Source: a bacterium (GTDB lineage: Bacteria; Zhuqueibacterota; Zhuqueibacteria; Oceanimicrobiales; Oceanimicrobiaceae). From it: a stretch of 48,142 bases of DNA. Positions 38,432 through 47,567 of this stretch are shown in pieces (positions within the stretch are counted from its first letter, which is position 1; each line of letters begins with the position of its first letter). The notes under the pieces are model-generated. The model saw only the letters and a program-made list of their open reading frames with translations, was not told the origin of the DNA and ran no database searches. The stretch spans positions 74,635-122,776 of the forward strand of contig JBBIIG010000006.1 in assembly GCA_037446635.1 (NCBI GenBank). The letters are read 5' to 3'. The translations under genes and the position numbers were made by a program.

Positions 38432-39249
38432 TGAGACCAAATCTTGTTGAAAAAATCCTGCATGTCCTGCCACGATTTCTCATCCGCGGCCTGGTTGTAA
38501 GCCAGCGGCAAGTTGAATTGTGCACCAAATTTATCGGCATCCGGATTGGTGAAGCTGTGTTTCGCGCCTTCGTAGGCAATGAAAGTGTAATCGGCGCCGG
38601 CTGCTTCCATTTCCTTTTTGAAAGCTTCAATTTGATCGGGCGGGACAAACGGATCGTCCGCGCCGTGGCAGACGAGAATCTTCGCTTTGATGGCGCCCGG
38701 CTCGGGCGTGTGCAGCGCGCCGAGACTGCCGTGAAAACTCACCACGCCGTCGAGGTCCGCGCCGATGCGCGCCATGTGCAGCACCACCGCGCCGCCAAAG
38801 CAGTAGCCAATGGCCGCGATGGATTCGGGGTCGGTGGCCGGATGATTTTGCAGAAGCTCGCGCGCGGCGTTGAAGCGGCTGACGGCGGCATCGAGATTCT
38901 GCATGACTTCGTTGGCAAACTTGCCGGCGTCTTCGGGATGGCTGGCCTGCTTGCCGTTGCCGTACATGTCCACCGCGAGCGCCGTGTAACCCAATTCCGC
39001 TAACATGCGGGCGCGCTGCCGGGCGTATTCATTGTGGCCCCACCATTCGTGTACCACCAGCACGCCGGGGCGTTTGCCTTCAACGCTGGCATCGAAAGCG
39101 AGATAACCTTTTAGCGTGTCGCCGTTGGCGGTGTAAACGACTTCTTCTCCTTGAATTTGTTTTGCCGCAGGCGTAGTTTCTTCGGATTGTTTTTCGGAGG
39201 CGCAGGCGAAAAGCAATAGTGCAAATACGATTGAGCTTGTGAGTTTCAT
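38428..39249 (-). CDS. Dienelactone hydrolase family lipoprotein
   Basis: Lipobox LFAC, HEWWG, nucleophile GYCFGG, HGADDP, KHSFTNP. Start at 39249 after GGAGG. Confidence 0.92.
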   Translation of the reverse strand: MKLTSSIVFALLLFACASEKQSEETTPAAKQIQGEEVVYTANGDTLKGYLAFDASVEGKRPGVLVVHEWWGHNEYARQRARMLAELGYTALAVDMYGNGKQASHPEDAGKFANEVMQNLDAAVSRFNAARELLQNHPATDPESIAAIGYCFGGAVVLHMARIGADLDGVVSFHGSLGALHTPEPGAIKAKILVCHGADDPFVPPDQIEAFKKEMEAAGADYTFIAYEGAKHSFTNPDADKFGAQFNLPLAYNQAADEKSWQDMQDFFNKIWSQ

Positions 39250-39279
39250 GAGTCCCTCCATTTTGTTTGAGATAATGCG

Positions 39280-39313
39280 TCCGTAGGGGCGATTCATGAA
39301 TCGCCCCTACGGA
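39280..39313. repeat. GTAG-type REP palindrome
   Basis: Perfect palindrome TCCGTAGGGGCGATTCATGAATCGCCCCTACGGA. Confidence 0.85.
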
Positions 39314-39359
39314 GTTTTCAAAAATTAAAATTTATAGTTTTGACGAGATTGGATTGATT

Positions 39360-39776
39360 TTAACTACTAAGCTTGCTCAAATGTTCAACGGATTGCTGGA
39401 TGAGTTTTTTGAGCGTCGGCAGGTGGATGTCATCGAGCCGTTTGATGTACAAACAAGATTTGCCGGTTTTGTACTTTCCTAATTTTTTCATCAACTCGTC
39501 ATATTGCGAGAAGCCGGCCATGATGTAAAGCGTCAGGTTTTGTTTTCGGGGAGAGAAGCCGGTGAGAAACCAATCGCCCTCGCGCCCGCTGTCATATTTG
39601 TAGTGGTAGCTGCCAAAACCCACGATACTTGGTCCCCACATTTTGGGCGGCGCTTTGGTGATCGCTTTCATCATTTCCAAAATCGTGAAGCAATCTTGCC
39701 GGGTTTGCTCGTCGCTGATGGCATTAAGAAATTTATCGATGCTCGCAGCGTTGGGTTTGGTTTTAAGTTCCGCCAT
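39360..39776 (-). CDS. DUF1801 (YdhG-like) protein
   Basis: MWGPSIVGFGSYHYKYDSGREGD, GFSPRK, LGKYKTGKSCLYIK. Confidence 0.9.
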   Translation of the reverse strand: MAELKTKPNAASIDKFLNAISDEQTRQDCFTILEMMKAITKAPPKMWGPSIVGFGSYHYKYDSGREGDWFLTGFSPRKQNLTLYIMAGFSQYDELMKKLGKYKTGKSCLYIKRLDDIHLPTLKKLIQQSVEHLSKLSS

Positions 39777-39818
39777 CTTTGTCTCCTTTTGATTTATTCA
39801 TTGACGGCTTCGATTGTG

Positions 39819-40114
39819 CTAAGTCCAGCGACCAGCAGGCGGTTGGCAGCAGGCAGCCATTTCGAAGTGGTGCTTAGGAATTATTTTTTTCTCAATTCTG
39901 ACTTCGGATACAGTATCATCCAAAGACATATCTCCGAATAATTGCTGGCGTTCTTTGGTGTAGTCGCCATGGCCAGTTGTAAATTGGTTGATAAAACGGA
40001 TCGGATTTACGACTCCAATTTCTTTGCACAAAACTTTGATGGCCGCGTGGGTAATTTCGTTCAGTGGCTTTTGTTGGCAATTTCATGGGTTCAATTATCG
40101 AGATAGATTTTCAC
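39819..40114 (-). pseudogene. Remnant of a PIN-toxin/partner gene pair (toxin almost entirely deleted, partner frameshifted)
   Basis: GTG AAA ATC TAT CTC GAT AAT TGA (MKIYLDN*) at 40114-40091; ATG at 40086 is out of frame with KPLNEITHAAIKVLCKEIGVVN.IRFINQFTTGHGDYTKER. Confidence 0.6.
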
Positions 40115-40189
40115 GAAAAAAGATAGTTACCTCTACTGAAAATTACAACTGCCAATTTTTCAATTTTAACTACCAGCACTAATATTGAC

Positions 40190-42163
40190 TCACTTCACCT
40201 TCAACACCACCAGTGTAATATCGTCGTTCTGCGGCTGGTCTTCACTCCAGCGATTCGCGCTGTCCGAGAGATGCTGCACGATCTCCTGCGGTGAGCGCCC
40301 GGCGCTTTCCCAAAAGCCGCGTTTCACTCGCGCGTAATCGAACATCTCGCCGGCGGAGTTGCACAGCTCTTCGAAGCCATCGGTGATGAGCAGGATCGCG
40401 TCGCCGGGGGCAAGAGAAATTTCCTCCAGCTCGTACGGAAACGCGCGGTGCGCGCCCAGCGGCATTCCTTTCAAAACGATTTCTTCGATCACATTTGCAG
40501 CCGCGCGATAAATCATAAACGGCGGCATGCCGGCCGCGCACGCCAGCATCTTCTTGCCTTTGATGCGCAGCAGCGTCATCGACATATAAAGATGGCCCAT
40601 CTCCATGCCGCGCATGATATCGGTGCAGCGATTGAAAAAGTCCGGCGCCATCAAGCTGCCGCCGAGGGCGTGGAACAAACTTTTGATGGCTGCCACCATG
40701 ATGCCGGCTTTGGTGCCGTGGCCGGTGGCGTCGCCAACCACTACGGTGAGCGCGCCGTCTTTGCTGAAGAGAAAATCGTAGTAGTCGCCGCCGACTTCGC
40801 TGGCGGTTTTCATATAAACGGCGATGTCGAGATTGGGAACGGCAGGCAGACTCTGCGGCAGCATCGAAAGCTGGAGCTGGCGCGCGTCCTCCAACTCGCG
40901 GGTTTTGCGGGCGTTGTCGGCTTCCAGCAAGCGGCGCTGCATTTCCTGCTCTTTGGCCGCGCGTTCCTGCGCCAGCACGCGTTCGTTGGTGCGGGCGAAA
41001 TCGCGGGCGAGGTAGATGGACATCGAAAGAATCAATCCAAGAAATCCCACCGGATAACCGTTGGTGATATCCTGGAACGGTTCCATCACCTCGAAATCGA
41101 GCAGAGCGTCGTAGGTGGAAAAAATCGCCAGAAACAAAAATCCGATGGCAATAATCCAGGCGCCATCGCGGCGCGCGCGAATGGCGTTGCGGATGATTCG
41201 AATAGTTTCGACAAGCACCGCGCCCATGAATATTAAAATATACCTTAAATTAGCGATCGGCTGTACTACCGCCAGCGCGCCGCTGATTACAAGCGCGGCG
41301 GCGATCAACCAAAAGTGTTTGGGGATGCGATCCGCGAACAGTGAGTACAGGAAGAGCAGCGCAAACATCGGCGCGTAGGGCATGGCGGCGCGATGCAGGC
41401 GCAGGTAGAGCAGGCTACTTTTCAAATCGCTGGCGAGAAAATTTTGGTAGTCGAAAAAAATATTGGCAGCGTACAGAAAAACAAAAAGGCTAAAATAGAG
41501 GTGACTTTTTTTGCGCGAAAAAACAAACAGCCCCAGATGTAAAACGCCGAACGCCAGCGCCACCGTGGTAAAAACCATTTGCTGAATCAAATCGAAGGTC
41601 ATATTTGCGGCGCTGTTTGCAATGACGCGGTCGGCCAGCCCGATAAAAACATAGAATCCAGCCGGCATACCCGCGCGATGAAATTTTGTGACGTTGGCGT
41701 TGGTGTAACGAATGGCAATAAGGTGATGGCGCTGCGGTGAAAATATGAAGGTGCGAAAATCGCGAATATTTTTTTGTTGGCGGAGATCGCTTTCATACAC
41801 CCGCTCGCCGTTCAAATAAATCTGCGCGGCGCCGCCGTGGGTGATCGTGAAAATGAACGGTTGCCGCCACAGTGCGGAGTCCACCGCAACGTGAATTCGA
41901 AACCAGCCGACGCCGGGCCAGCCGCTTTTGGGGAGAAGGTTCGGCGGCAGCTCGGGGTCGGCGGCCTCCCACTCGCGATCGTCAAATTGTGCAGTTGCCC
42001 AAGCCGGCTCGTCGCCGGGGTGATAGCGCCAGTGGCTGTTCAACCAGATGCGATTAAATTTTTGAAGGGTGTCGGCGGAGAGTATGAAGGAGTCCTCGGT
42101 CTGGGCGGGCAGCGTCTGATGGTGCAGAAGTAAAATACAGATTGTGAGAAATATTTTTTTCAT
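40190..42163 (-). CDS. 7TM-DISM-type membrane PP2C (SpoIIE/RsbU) phosphatase with extracellular jelly-roll domain
   Basis: Signal peptide, WRYHPGD..GVGWFR, 7 TM segments, EVGGDYYD, GDATGHG, TDGFEE, DDIT. Confidence 0.9.
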   Translation of the reverse strand: MKKIFLTICILLLHHQTLPAQTEDSFILSADTLQKFNRIWLNSHWRYHPGDEPAWATAQFDDREWEAADPELPPNLLPKSGWPGVGWFRIHVAVDSALWRQPFIFTITHGGAAQIYLNGERVYESDLRQQKNIRDFRTFIFSPQRHHLIAIRYTNANVTKFHRAGMPAGFYVFIGLADRVIANSAANMTFDLIQQMVFTTVALAFGVLHLGLFVFSRKKSHLYFSLFVFLYAANIFFDYQNFLASDLKSSLLYLRLHRAAMPYAPMFALLFLYSLFADRIPKHFWLIAAALVISGALAVVQPIANLRYILIFMGAVLVETIRIIRNAIRARRDGAWIIAIGFLFLAIFSTYDALLDFEVMEPFQDITNGYPVGFLGLILSMSIYLARDFARTNERVLAQERAAKEQEMQRRLLEADNARKTRELEDARQLQLSMLPQSLPAVPNLDIAVYMKTASEVGGDYYDFLFSKDGALTVVVGDATGHGTKAGIMVAAIKSLFHALGGSLMAPDFFNRCTDIMRGMEMGHLYMSMTLLRIKGKKMLACAAGMPPFMIYRAAANVIEEIVLKGMPLGAHRAFPYELEEISLAPGDAILLITDGFEELCNSAGEMFDYARVKRGFWESAGRSPQEIVQHLSDSANRWSEDQPQNDDITLVVLKVK

Positions 42164-42187
42164 CGATTCAAGAAGATTGTTTTACTG

Positions 42188-42478
42188 GACGCAGAGCGTC
42201 TCCGGCTTCGCTCCCCAAGCGTTTTCTCGTTCCCACGCTCTGCGTGGGAACGAGTTGTGTTGTCGATATCACCACGCCGCTCCACCAATCTATTTTCACC
42301 TCTAAAAGACCTGTCTGTCCCGCATAATTTCTCGCATTCGCGAATATCATTTTTTCATTTTGAAATTAACTGTGGAAGCGACCCTTCTTGCCACAATGAT
42401 TTGAAATTTGTTTCTGGCCATTTTGTTAGTCGACGCAGAGCGTCTTACGCTTCGCTCCCACGCCGAGCGTGGGAGCGA
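42188..42478. repeat. Two GACGCAGAGCGTC + TCCCACGC..GCGTGGGA REP units
   Basis: Units at 42188-42254 and 42432-42478. Confidence 0.8.
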
Positions 42479-42508
42479 GTAAGCGAGTAATCGGAGCGAG
42501 TAAAACCC

Positions 42509-43051
42509 TCAGTCTTCCCGGATCACAAACAGCCGGTTGTCTTCAACCCGGTAGAGCAGCGGCGCCACCTGAATTTTCGGATAGCGCAGCCGCAGGCGCT
42601 GGCTTTCGCTGAGCACAAAATCAATTTCATTGGCGATTTCAAACATGGGGGCGAATTGCATGAAATGCTCGGTGGCCCACTCGCGATCCCAGCCGGCATT
42701 TTCAACCAGACCATCGATGAATTGCTCGCGGCGAGACACGAGATTCACCATGCCGCACTGGTTGTGGCCAATCAGCGCGATGGCTTTCACGCCGCCAATG
42801 GCAATCGCATAAGAAACTTTGAATTCGCTGTAGCGCAAATTGGCGCCGCCGGCGCGGATGATGTAAGCGAAGTTGTCTGGAATATGAAGGTGCTTGCGGT
42901 TATCCATGCACATGCCAATCAGCAGTTGCGCTCGTGTGTAGGTTTCGAACGGGCGATTCAAATTGTGGTATTCCAGCAAGTCGCCAATTGGGGTATTTTG
43001 GTAAGCAGGCGGAATGTTGTCTTTTGAATTAATGGTGATGAGTCGGTTCAT
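42509..43051 (-). CDS. Beta-class carbonic anhydrase-like protein
   Basis: Zinc ligands in CMDNR and HNQCG; IRAGG. Confidence 0.85.
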   Translation of the reverse strand: MNRLITINSKDNIPPAYQNTPIGDLLEYHNLNRPFETYTRAQLLIGMCMDNRKHLHIPDNFAYIIRAGGANLRYSEFKVSYAIAIGGVKAIALIGHNQCGMVNLVSRREQFIDGLVENAGWDREWATEHFMQFAPMFEIANEIDFVLSESQRLRLRYPKIQVAPLLYRVEDNRLFVIRED

Positions 43052-43520
43052 TCAACAGCTCTTATTCTTTTATGATTTGATGGTTGTCGCAGCGTTGCCA
43101 AGCGCGGAGATAGAGGGGGAAAGTCATGGCAGCTAATATAATGCCGAAAAATTGTTTGTCAAGAATAAGTTTACAAACATGAATTTAATACTTGACTTAT
43201 TGACTTTTATTATTAGATTTAGTGCTAAAACATGCTGTTTTTTGCGAAAACCTGAAATAATTAATCGAGATTTCGTATTCTCGACACCTGGCTTTCAGGC
43301 GCTCATCTCTGCTTCTGCTCCAGCCAAACATTTTTACAAAAATTTTCTTTAACTAAAAGATTTTTTTTTGTATTATCTGTTAAATTTTTGTGGGAACGAT
43401 AATTTTTGCTAAAGAAGCGCTTCTGTAAGTATATAATATTAGGAATCTAAATCGTTCTTTATTCGGTCGGCTTCATTAACAAAAATTTTAAAAAGGAATT
43501 TAAAAGGGAGGTCAGGCAAT

Positions 43521-43808
43521 ATGTTAAAGAAGGTAATCCTGTTGAGCTTAGTGGTGATGGTTGTGGCGCTGCTCGACCCTCATGTACTACTGGCGCAGGA
43601 TCGAGTGGATTCTTTTCTCAGGACGCTGCAACAAACGCTCTTCAATTGGGGCGCGCGAATTTTTTGGTTCTTCGGCGTGGTTGCGGCTGTGGCTTACGCC
43701 CGCGGCAATCGCGGTTTGGCGCCATCGGTTCTCATCGGGGTCATCATCTTTTATGCCGCTCATTTTATCATCGAGATAATATCCAGTACGGCGGGCCGGC
43801 CATTTTAG
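43521..43808 (+). CDS. VirB2/TrbC-like pilin
   Basis: 95 aa; RBS GGGAGG; signal peptide ending LLA-Q; two hydrophobic helices; first gene before VirB3/VirB4-like genes. Confidence 0.65.
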   Translation: MLKKVILLSLVVMVVALLDPHVLLAQDRVDSFLRTLQQTLFNWGARIFWFFGVVAAVAYARGNRGLAPSVLIGVIIFYAAHFIIEIISSTAGRPF

Positions 43809-43825
43809 TCGGTTTGCGATTGATG

Positions 43826-43862
43826 AAGGGTGCTCAAAGTAAGATCGTGAGTGCCCTTTTTT
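43826..43862 (+). terminator. Hairpin with U-tract between the pilin and virB3-like genes
   Basis: AAGGGTGCTCA-N11-TGAGTGCCCTT followed by TTTT; 11-bp stem including two G-U pairs. Confidence 0.6.
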
Positions 43863-43886
43863 GCACCTATCAGAACAGGGGAGAGG

Positions 43887-44162
43887 ATGAAATTTTATAT
43901 CGAACAAACTTTGTCGAAACCCACCGTGCAATTTGGCTTGCGAGTGAGCGATTACTTGACGCTGATCATCGTGGGCTGCGTCGGAAACTTTTTCGTCCCC
44001 AGGCTGTGGTTGGTGATCATCATGGTGGCTCTGATCGTCGTGTTCCGCTATGTGAATACAAACAAACCGCGGTACTTCTGGTCGTCGTGGGTTCTTTGGT
44101 TTTCGAATACCAATCTGGATAATCAACAGACTCAGAAGCTGCCCCCGATCATAAGGAGGTGA
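43887..44162 (+). CDS. VirB3-like small membrane protein
   Basis: QTLSKPTVQFGL followed by two TM segments; stop overlaps the virB4 start (GTGA); RBS GGGGAGAGG. Confidence 0.65.
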   Translation: MKFYIEQTLSKPTVQFGLRVSDYLTLIIVGCVGNFFVPRLWLVIIMVALIVVFRYVNTNKPRYFWSSWVLWFSNTNLDNQQTQKLPPIIRR

Positions 44163-46627
44163 GCGGCGTGAGATTTCAAAATAAAACCAGCTTAGCCGAT
44201 CGGCTGCCCCACTTTGGTGTTCTCGAGGAGGGCGGACGCGGATACCTCTTTCGCAAGGACGGCGCGATATCGATTCTTTGGCGCATCGACGCGGGGAATT
44301 TTCTCCGGCTCACGGAGGCCGATTACGAGCAGGCGTGCGTGCGCTTAAGCAAACTTTTAGGCGTGCTGCAGCCGCATACGCAAATCGAATTCTGGTACGA
44401 GAAATTCGAATCCACCTGGCGCGACGCCCTGCCGCAGCCGGCGGTGCAAAAACCGGCGATCGTGAAACTGGCGGAGATGCGAGAGCGCTCGCTGGCATTA
44501 ACCCCCTATTTTGATATTGCCACCTACCTCGTGGTCACATTCAATTATCTCATCGAATACCGCCCGCCGCAGCGCTACGAATTTTTTTACCGGTTTACCA
44601 GTCAGCCGCCGCGCCAGTTGGCGCAGCTCAAGTTGGAAAAGGATATCCGATCTATCGAACAAGTTGCTGAACGAATTCAACGCGAGCTCAGCACCTTCAC
44701 GTTTCAACGTCTGGGCGCGGATGACATCACCGAGTTGCTGTTTCGTTATTACAACCTGAATGATGTCAGCGCTGGTGAGCTGCGTCCGGAGCATTTTAAC
44801 GGCGATTTGTTGAAGAAAGGCGTGGAGGTTTCGTACGGTGATCTCGCCATTGGCCTCGAGCACATGGCCGTTGCTTCCATGATTGAGTTGCCCGGCCAGG
44901 GGGCGCATCCCATCGAAGTGGATAAACGGTTTTTGAAAAGTCCGCTGCAGACTTTGCTTTTGCTGCCGTTTCCCTTGCGATTAGTCGTTAAACTCGAGAA
45001 GCTTTCGAAAGAGGAAGCTCGGCGCTACATTCAATTAAATCGCTGGGTGAATCAACCCCGCTTTAACACCCTGGCGGACGCCAAGATGGCCGAACTCGAT
45101 GGTTTGGAGACGGCTAATGGCGAGGCGGCTCTGCCCGGCGTTTCTCATTTGATCGAATTAGATCAAGACTCGCTTTTAGAACTCTCGCTTTCGGTGATGA
45201 CCTGGGATGCGGACCGCCATACGCTAGTGACGCGCCAGGAGCAAATGCTTTCTTCCTTTGCCAGCTTTGCCGAGTCCAAAGGCATGATTGAAACGGGCCT
45301 CGAAGCGCTCAACGTGTTTCTCTCCGGGGCACCGGGAAATTATCTCTACCGCCGCATCAAAGTGCGCGGCGAGCACGCCGGCCATTTTGTGAACTTCAGC
45401 GGCGACTACCAAAGCGTCGCCAATCGCGGCGTGCCGTTTGTGAACACCAACGGCGCGCTGGTCTATTACGATCTTTTCTCCATCGACAACCTCAATTACA
45501 ACGCCCTCGTCATCGGGCCCTCCGGCAGTGGCAAAAGCTTCTACGCCAATTGCCTCATCACAAAATACCTCGAGCAAGGGGTGCCGGTCGTGATACTTGA
45601 TTTGAGCGGAAGCTACCGGCCGCTGGCGCAGGCGTTCGGGGCCGACTATGTTGCCATCGACCCGCACAAACCCAATCAGCTCGATCCCTTCCGTTACTTC
45701 GGGCCGAATAGCGCGCGGGTGGACAGCCCGGAGTACCTCGAAGCCATCACCTGTCTGCAATCTTTCCTTCTGCTCATGCTGAAGGACGATCAGGTGAGCA
45801 TCGGCAAGGGACAAAAAGCGGTGATCTACGGCGCGCTCGAGCGCTTCTTCCAAAATAACGGCGCCACCCAAAGCATCCGCGCGTTTGAAGCCTTCCTCAA
45901 AAACAGCGGCAACCTCGCCTTTGGATTGGAAGAGCACCTGTACCGCCATTTGCTCGGCTCGTTAGATTACTACCTCGGCAAATCCGCCGCCAAACCCTAC
46001 TTCGCCGAAAACAATAACAATATTTTGGAAGTGAGCCTGCACGGCGCGTCGGACATGATCGTTTTCGATCTCAAAGGCATCGAGCAGTTGACGGAGTTGA
46101 TGCCGCTCTACGCCAATATCCTGAGTATGCTGGTGCTGGCGACGCTGCATCGCGATTATGAAAAATCCCTTTTTATTATGGACGAAGCCTGGAAGGCACT
46201 CGATCAGTCTTCACAAATTTATGAGTTAGTCAAAGAGACCGGCCGCACCGCCCGCAAGCACTACGGCTCCATCGTGGCCATCTCGCAGAACATCGCCGAC
46301 TTGCAGAAAGGGGATCTCGCCGCTTCGATTCTCACCAACAGCTATTCCAAATTTTTGCTGCGCCATACGGGCGAAGACGTGGAGGCGGCCATTGCGGCGC
46401 TGGACATGACGGTCGCCGAGCAGCGGGCATTTCGCAACTTGCGGGAGCGCGAAGTGTTGTTGTGCCGCGCCGGCGAGCCCATGCTTTTCAAGCTGCCATT
46501 TTCCAAGTCGGATTATTGGCTGTGGACCACCCGCCCGGATGAGGTGAGTTTGCGCAACCTGGCCCTTAATCGGCAGCCCACGATTGTCGGCGCCATCTCG
46601 GAGTTGGTAGAATCCGGGCGAACCTGA
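44159..46627 (+). CDS. virB4: VirB4/TraC/TraG-family type IV secretion ATPase
   Basis: 822 aa; NYNALVIGPSGSGKSF, ILDLSGSY, FIMDEAWKAL, RTARKHYGSIVAISQ. Confidence 0.92.
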   Translation: MSGVRFQNKTSLADRLPHFGVLEEGGRGYLFRKDGAISILWRIDAGNFLRLTEADYEQACVRLSKLLGVLQPHTQIEFWYEKFESTWRDALPQPAVQKPAIVKLAEMRERSLALTPYFDIATYLVVTFNYLIEYRPPQRYEFFYRFTSQPPRQLAQLKLEKDIRSIEQVAERIQRELSTFTFQRLGADDITELLFRYYNLNDVSAGELRPEHFNGDLLKKGVEVSYGDLAIGLEHMAVASMIELPGQGAHPIEVDKRFLKSPLQTLLLLPFPLRLVVKLEKLSKEEARRYIQLNRWVNQPRFNTLADAKMAELDGLETANGEAALPGVSHLIELDQDSLLELSLSVMTWDADRHTLVTRQEQMLSSFASFAESKGMIETGLEALNVFLSGAPGNYLYRRIKVRGEHAGHFVNFSGDYQSVANRGVPFVNTNGALVYYDLFSIDNLNYNALVIGPSGSGKSFYANCLITKYLEQGVPVVILDLSGSYRPLAQAFGADYVAIDPHKPNQLDPFRYFGPNSARVDSPEYLEAITCLQSFLLLMLKDDQVSIGKGQKAVIYGALERFFQNNGATQSIRAFEAFLKNSGNLAFGLEEHLYRHLLGSLDYYLGKSAAKPYFAENNNNILEVSLHGASDMIVFDLKGIEQLTELMPLYANILSMLVLATLHRDYEKSLFIMDEAWKALDQSSQIYELVKETGRTARKHYGSIVAISQNIADLQKGDLAASILTNSYSKFLLRHTGEDVEAAIAALDMTVAEQRAFRNLREREVLLCRAGEPMLFKLPFSKSDYWLWTTRPDEVSLRNLALNRQPTIVGAISELVESGRT

Positions 46628-46666
46628 ACAGACGACCAAACCAAATCTCAGGGAGGTGAAAAACCC

Positions 46667-47557
46667 GTGCTGAAAAAAATAGTCTCGAAAATCTTGCTAC
46701 CCAGCGTGTTGCTGATTTGCGCGCAATCCGCCAGGGCGCAGCTTCCGAGTCTCGGGGATGCGCCGGTGCTGGCCAAGCTCACCGAGATTCTGCGCACTAA
46801 CCGCGAACACCTGGTGGAGGCCATTCGCACGGCGCGCGGCATCGAGCAGACGCTGCAAACCATCAAGCACATCGATGACTACGAGCGGGCGCTGCGCAGC
46901 GACGTCGGTTTCATCAACAGTCTCGATCTTACCAGTTTGGACGATTTGGAGCGCATCATTCTCTACGGCGATCAGACGGATTTTTATTTTCGTTCGATAA
47001 CCAGCCGCGTCAACGCTGAGTTGTATAATGCGCAGCGCTTCCGCAACTACGGCGAGGGTTTCCTCGGCTCCATGGAAGGGCTGGGGATCGTTGATGAGCG
47101 CCTGCTGGCGGCGCTTTTAAACGACGACAAAAGCCTCTCCGAGTTGGGAATCACCCCCGAACAGGCGCAGGCGTTGATTAAGCAACTGAGCACGGAGTCC
47201 GTCACCCTCGATCTTTATCAAATCAAAGGCACCGAGCACCTCATCAAATCGCTCACGGAACACGCCATGCGCATGCGTCAAATCGCGCAGGATCCGAATT
47301 CCCGACTCGACCCCGGCCAGCGCGTGATGCTGCTGCAGAAAAGCGAGGAAGCCCTGATCGAAGCTCTCAAATATCAGATCGAATATGGCCAGAAGCTCGA
47401 GCGCAGCAACCAGAGCATTTGGCGCAAGCTGCAGTTCAAGGCCGAAATCGAAGAGGAAATCGCGCAACTGCAAAAGTTTTACGAGTGGCACTCTTCGCTC
47501 GAACATAATTTAGGTTTCTTCGATTCAGAATACATTCGGCGCGAGGATAGGCCGTAG
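46667..47557 (+). CDS. Secreted helical protein, VirB5/TrbJ-like position
   Basis: Signal peptide ending ARA-Q; coiled-coil-rich; lies between the virB4- and virB6-like genes. Confidence 0.55.
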   Translation: MLKKIVSKILLPSVLLICAQSARAQLPSLGDAPVLAKLTEILRTNREHLVEAIRTARGIEQTLQTIKHIDDYERALRSDVGFINSLDLTSLDDLERIILYGDQTDFYFRSITSRVNAELYNAQRFRNYGEGFLGSMEGLGIVDERLLAALLNDDKSLSELGITPEQAQALIKQLSTESVTLDLYQIKGTEHLIKSLTEHAMRMRQIAQDPNSRLDPGQRVMLLQKSEEALIEALKYQIEYGQKLERSNQSIWRKLQFKAEIEEEIAQLQKFYEWHSSLEHNLGFFDSEYIRREDRP

Positions 47558-47567
47558 GAGGTAGATT

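Noticed and set aside
43052..43520. tRNA, att site or oriT at the T4SS boundary; 66-aa ORF at 43152-43352
   Set aside because: No cloverleaf, direct repeat or clear nic-type hairpin is seen by eye. The region looks like a divergent promoter spacer.
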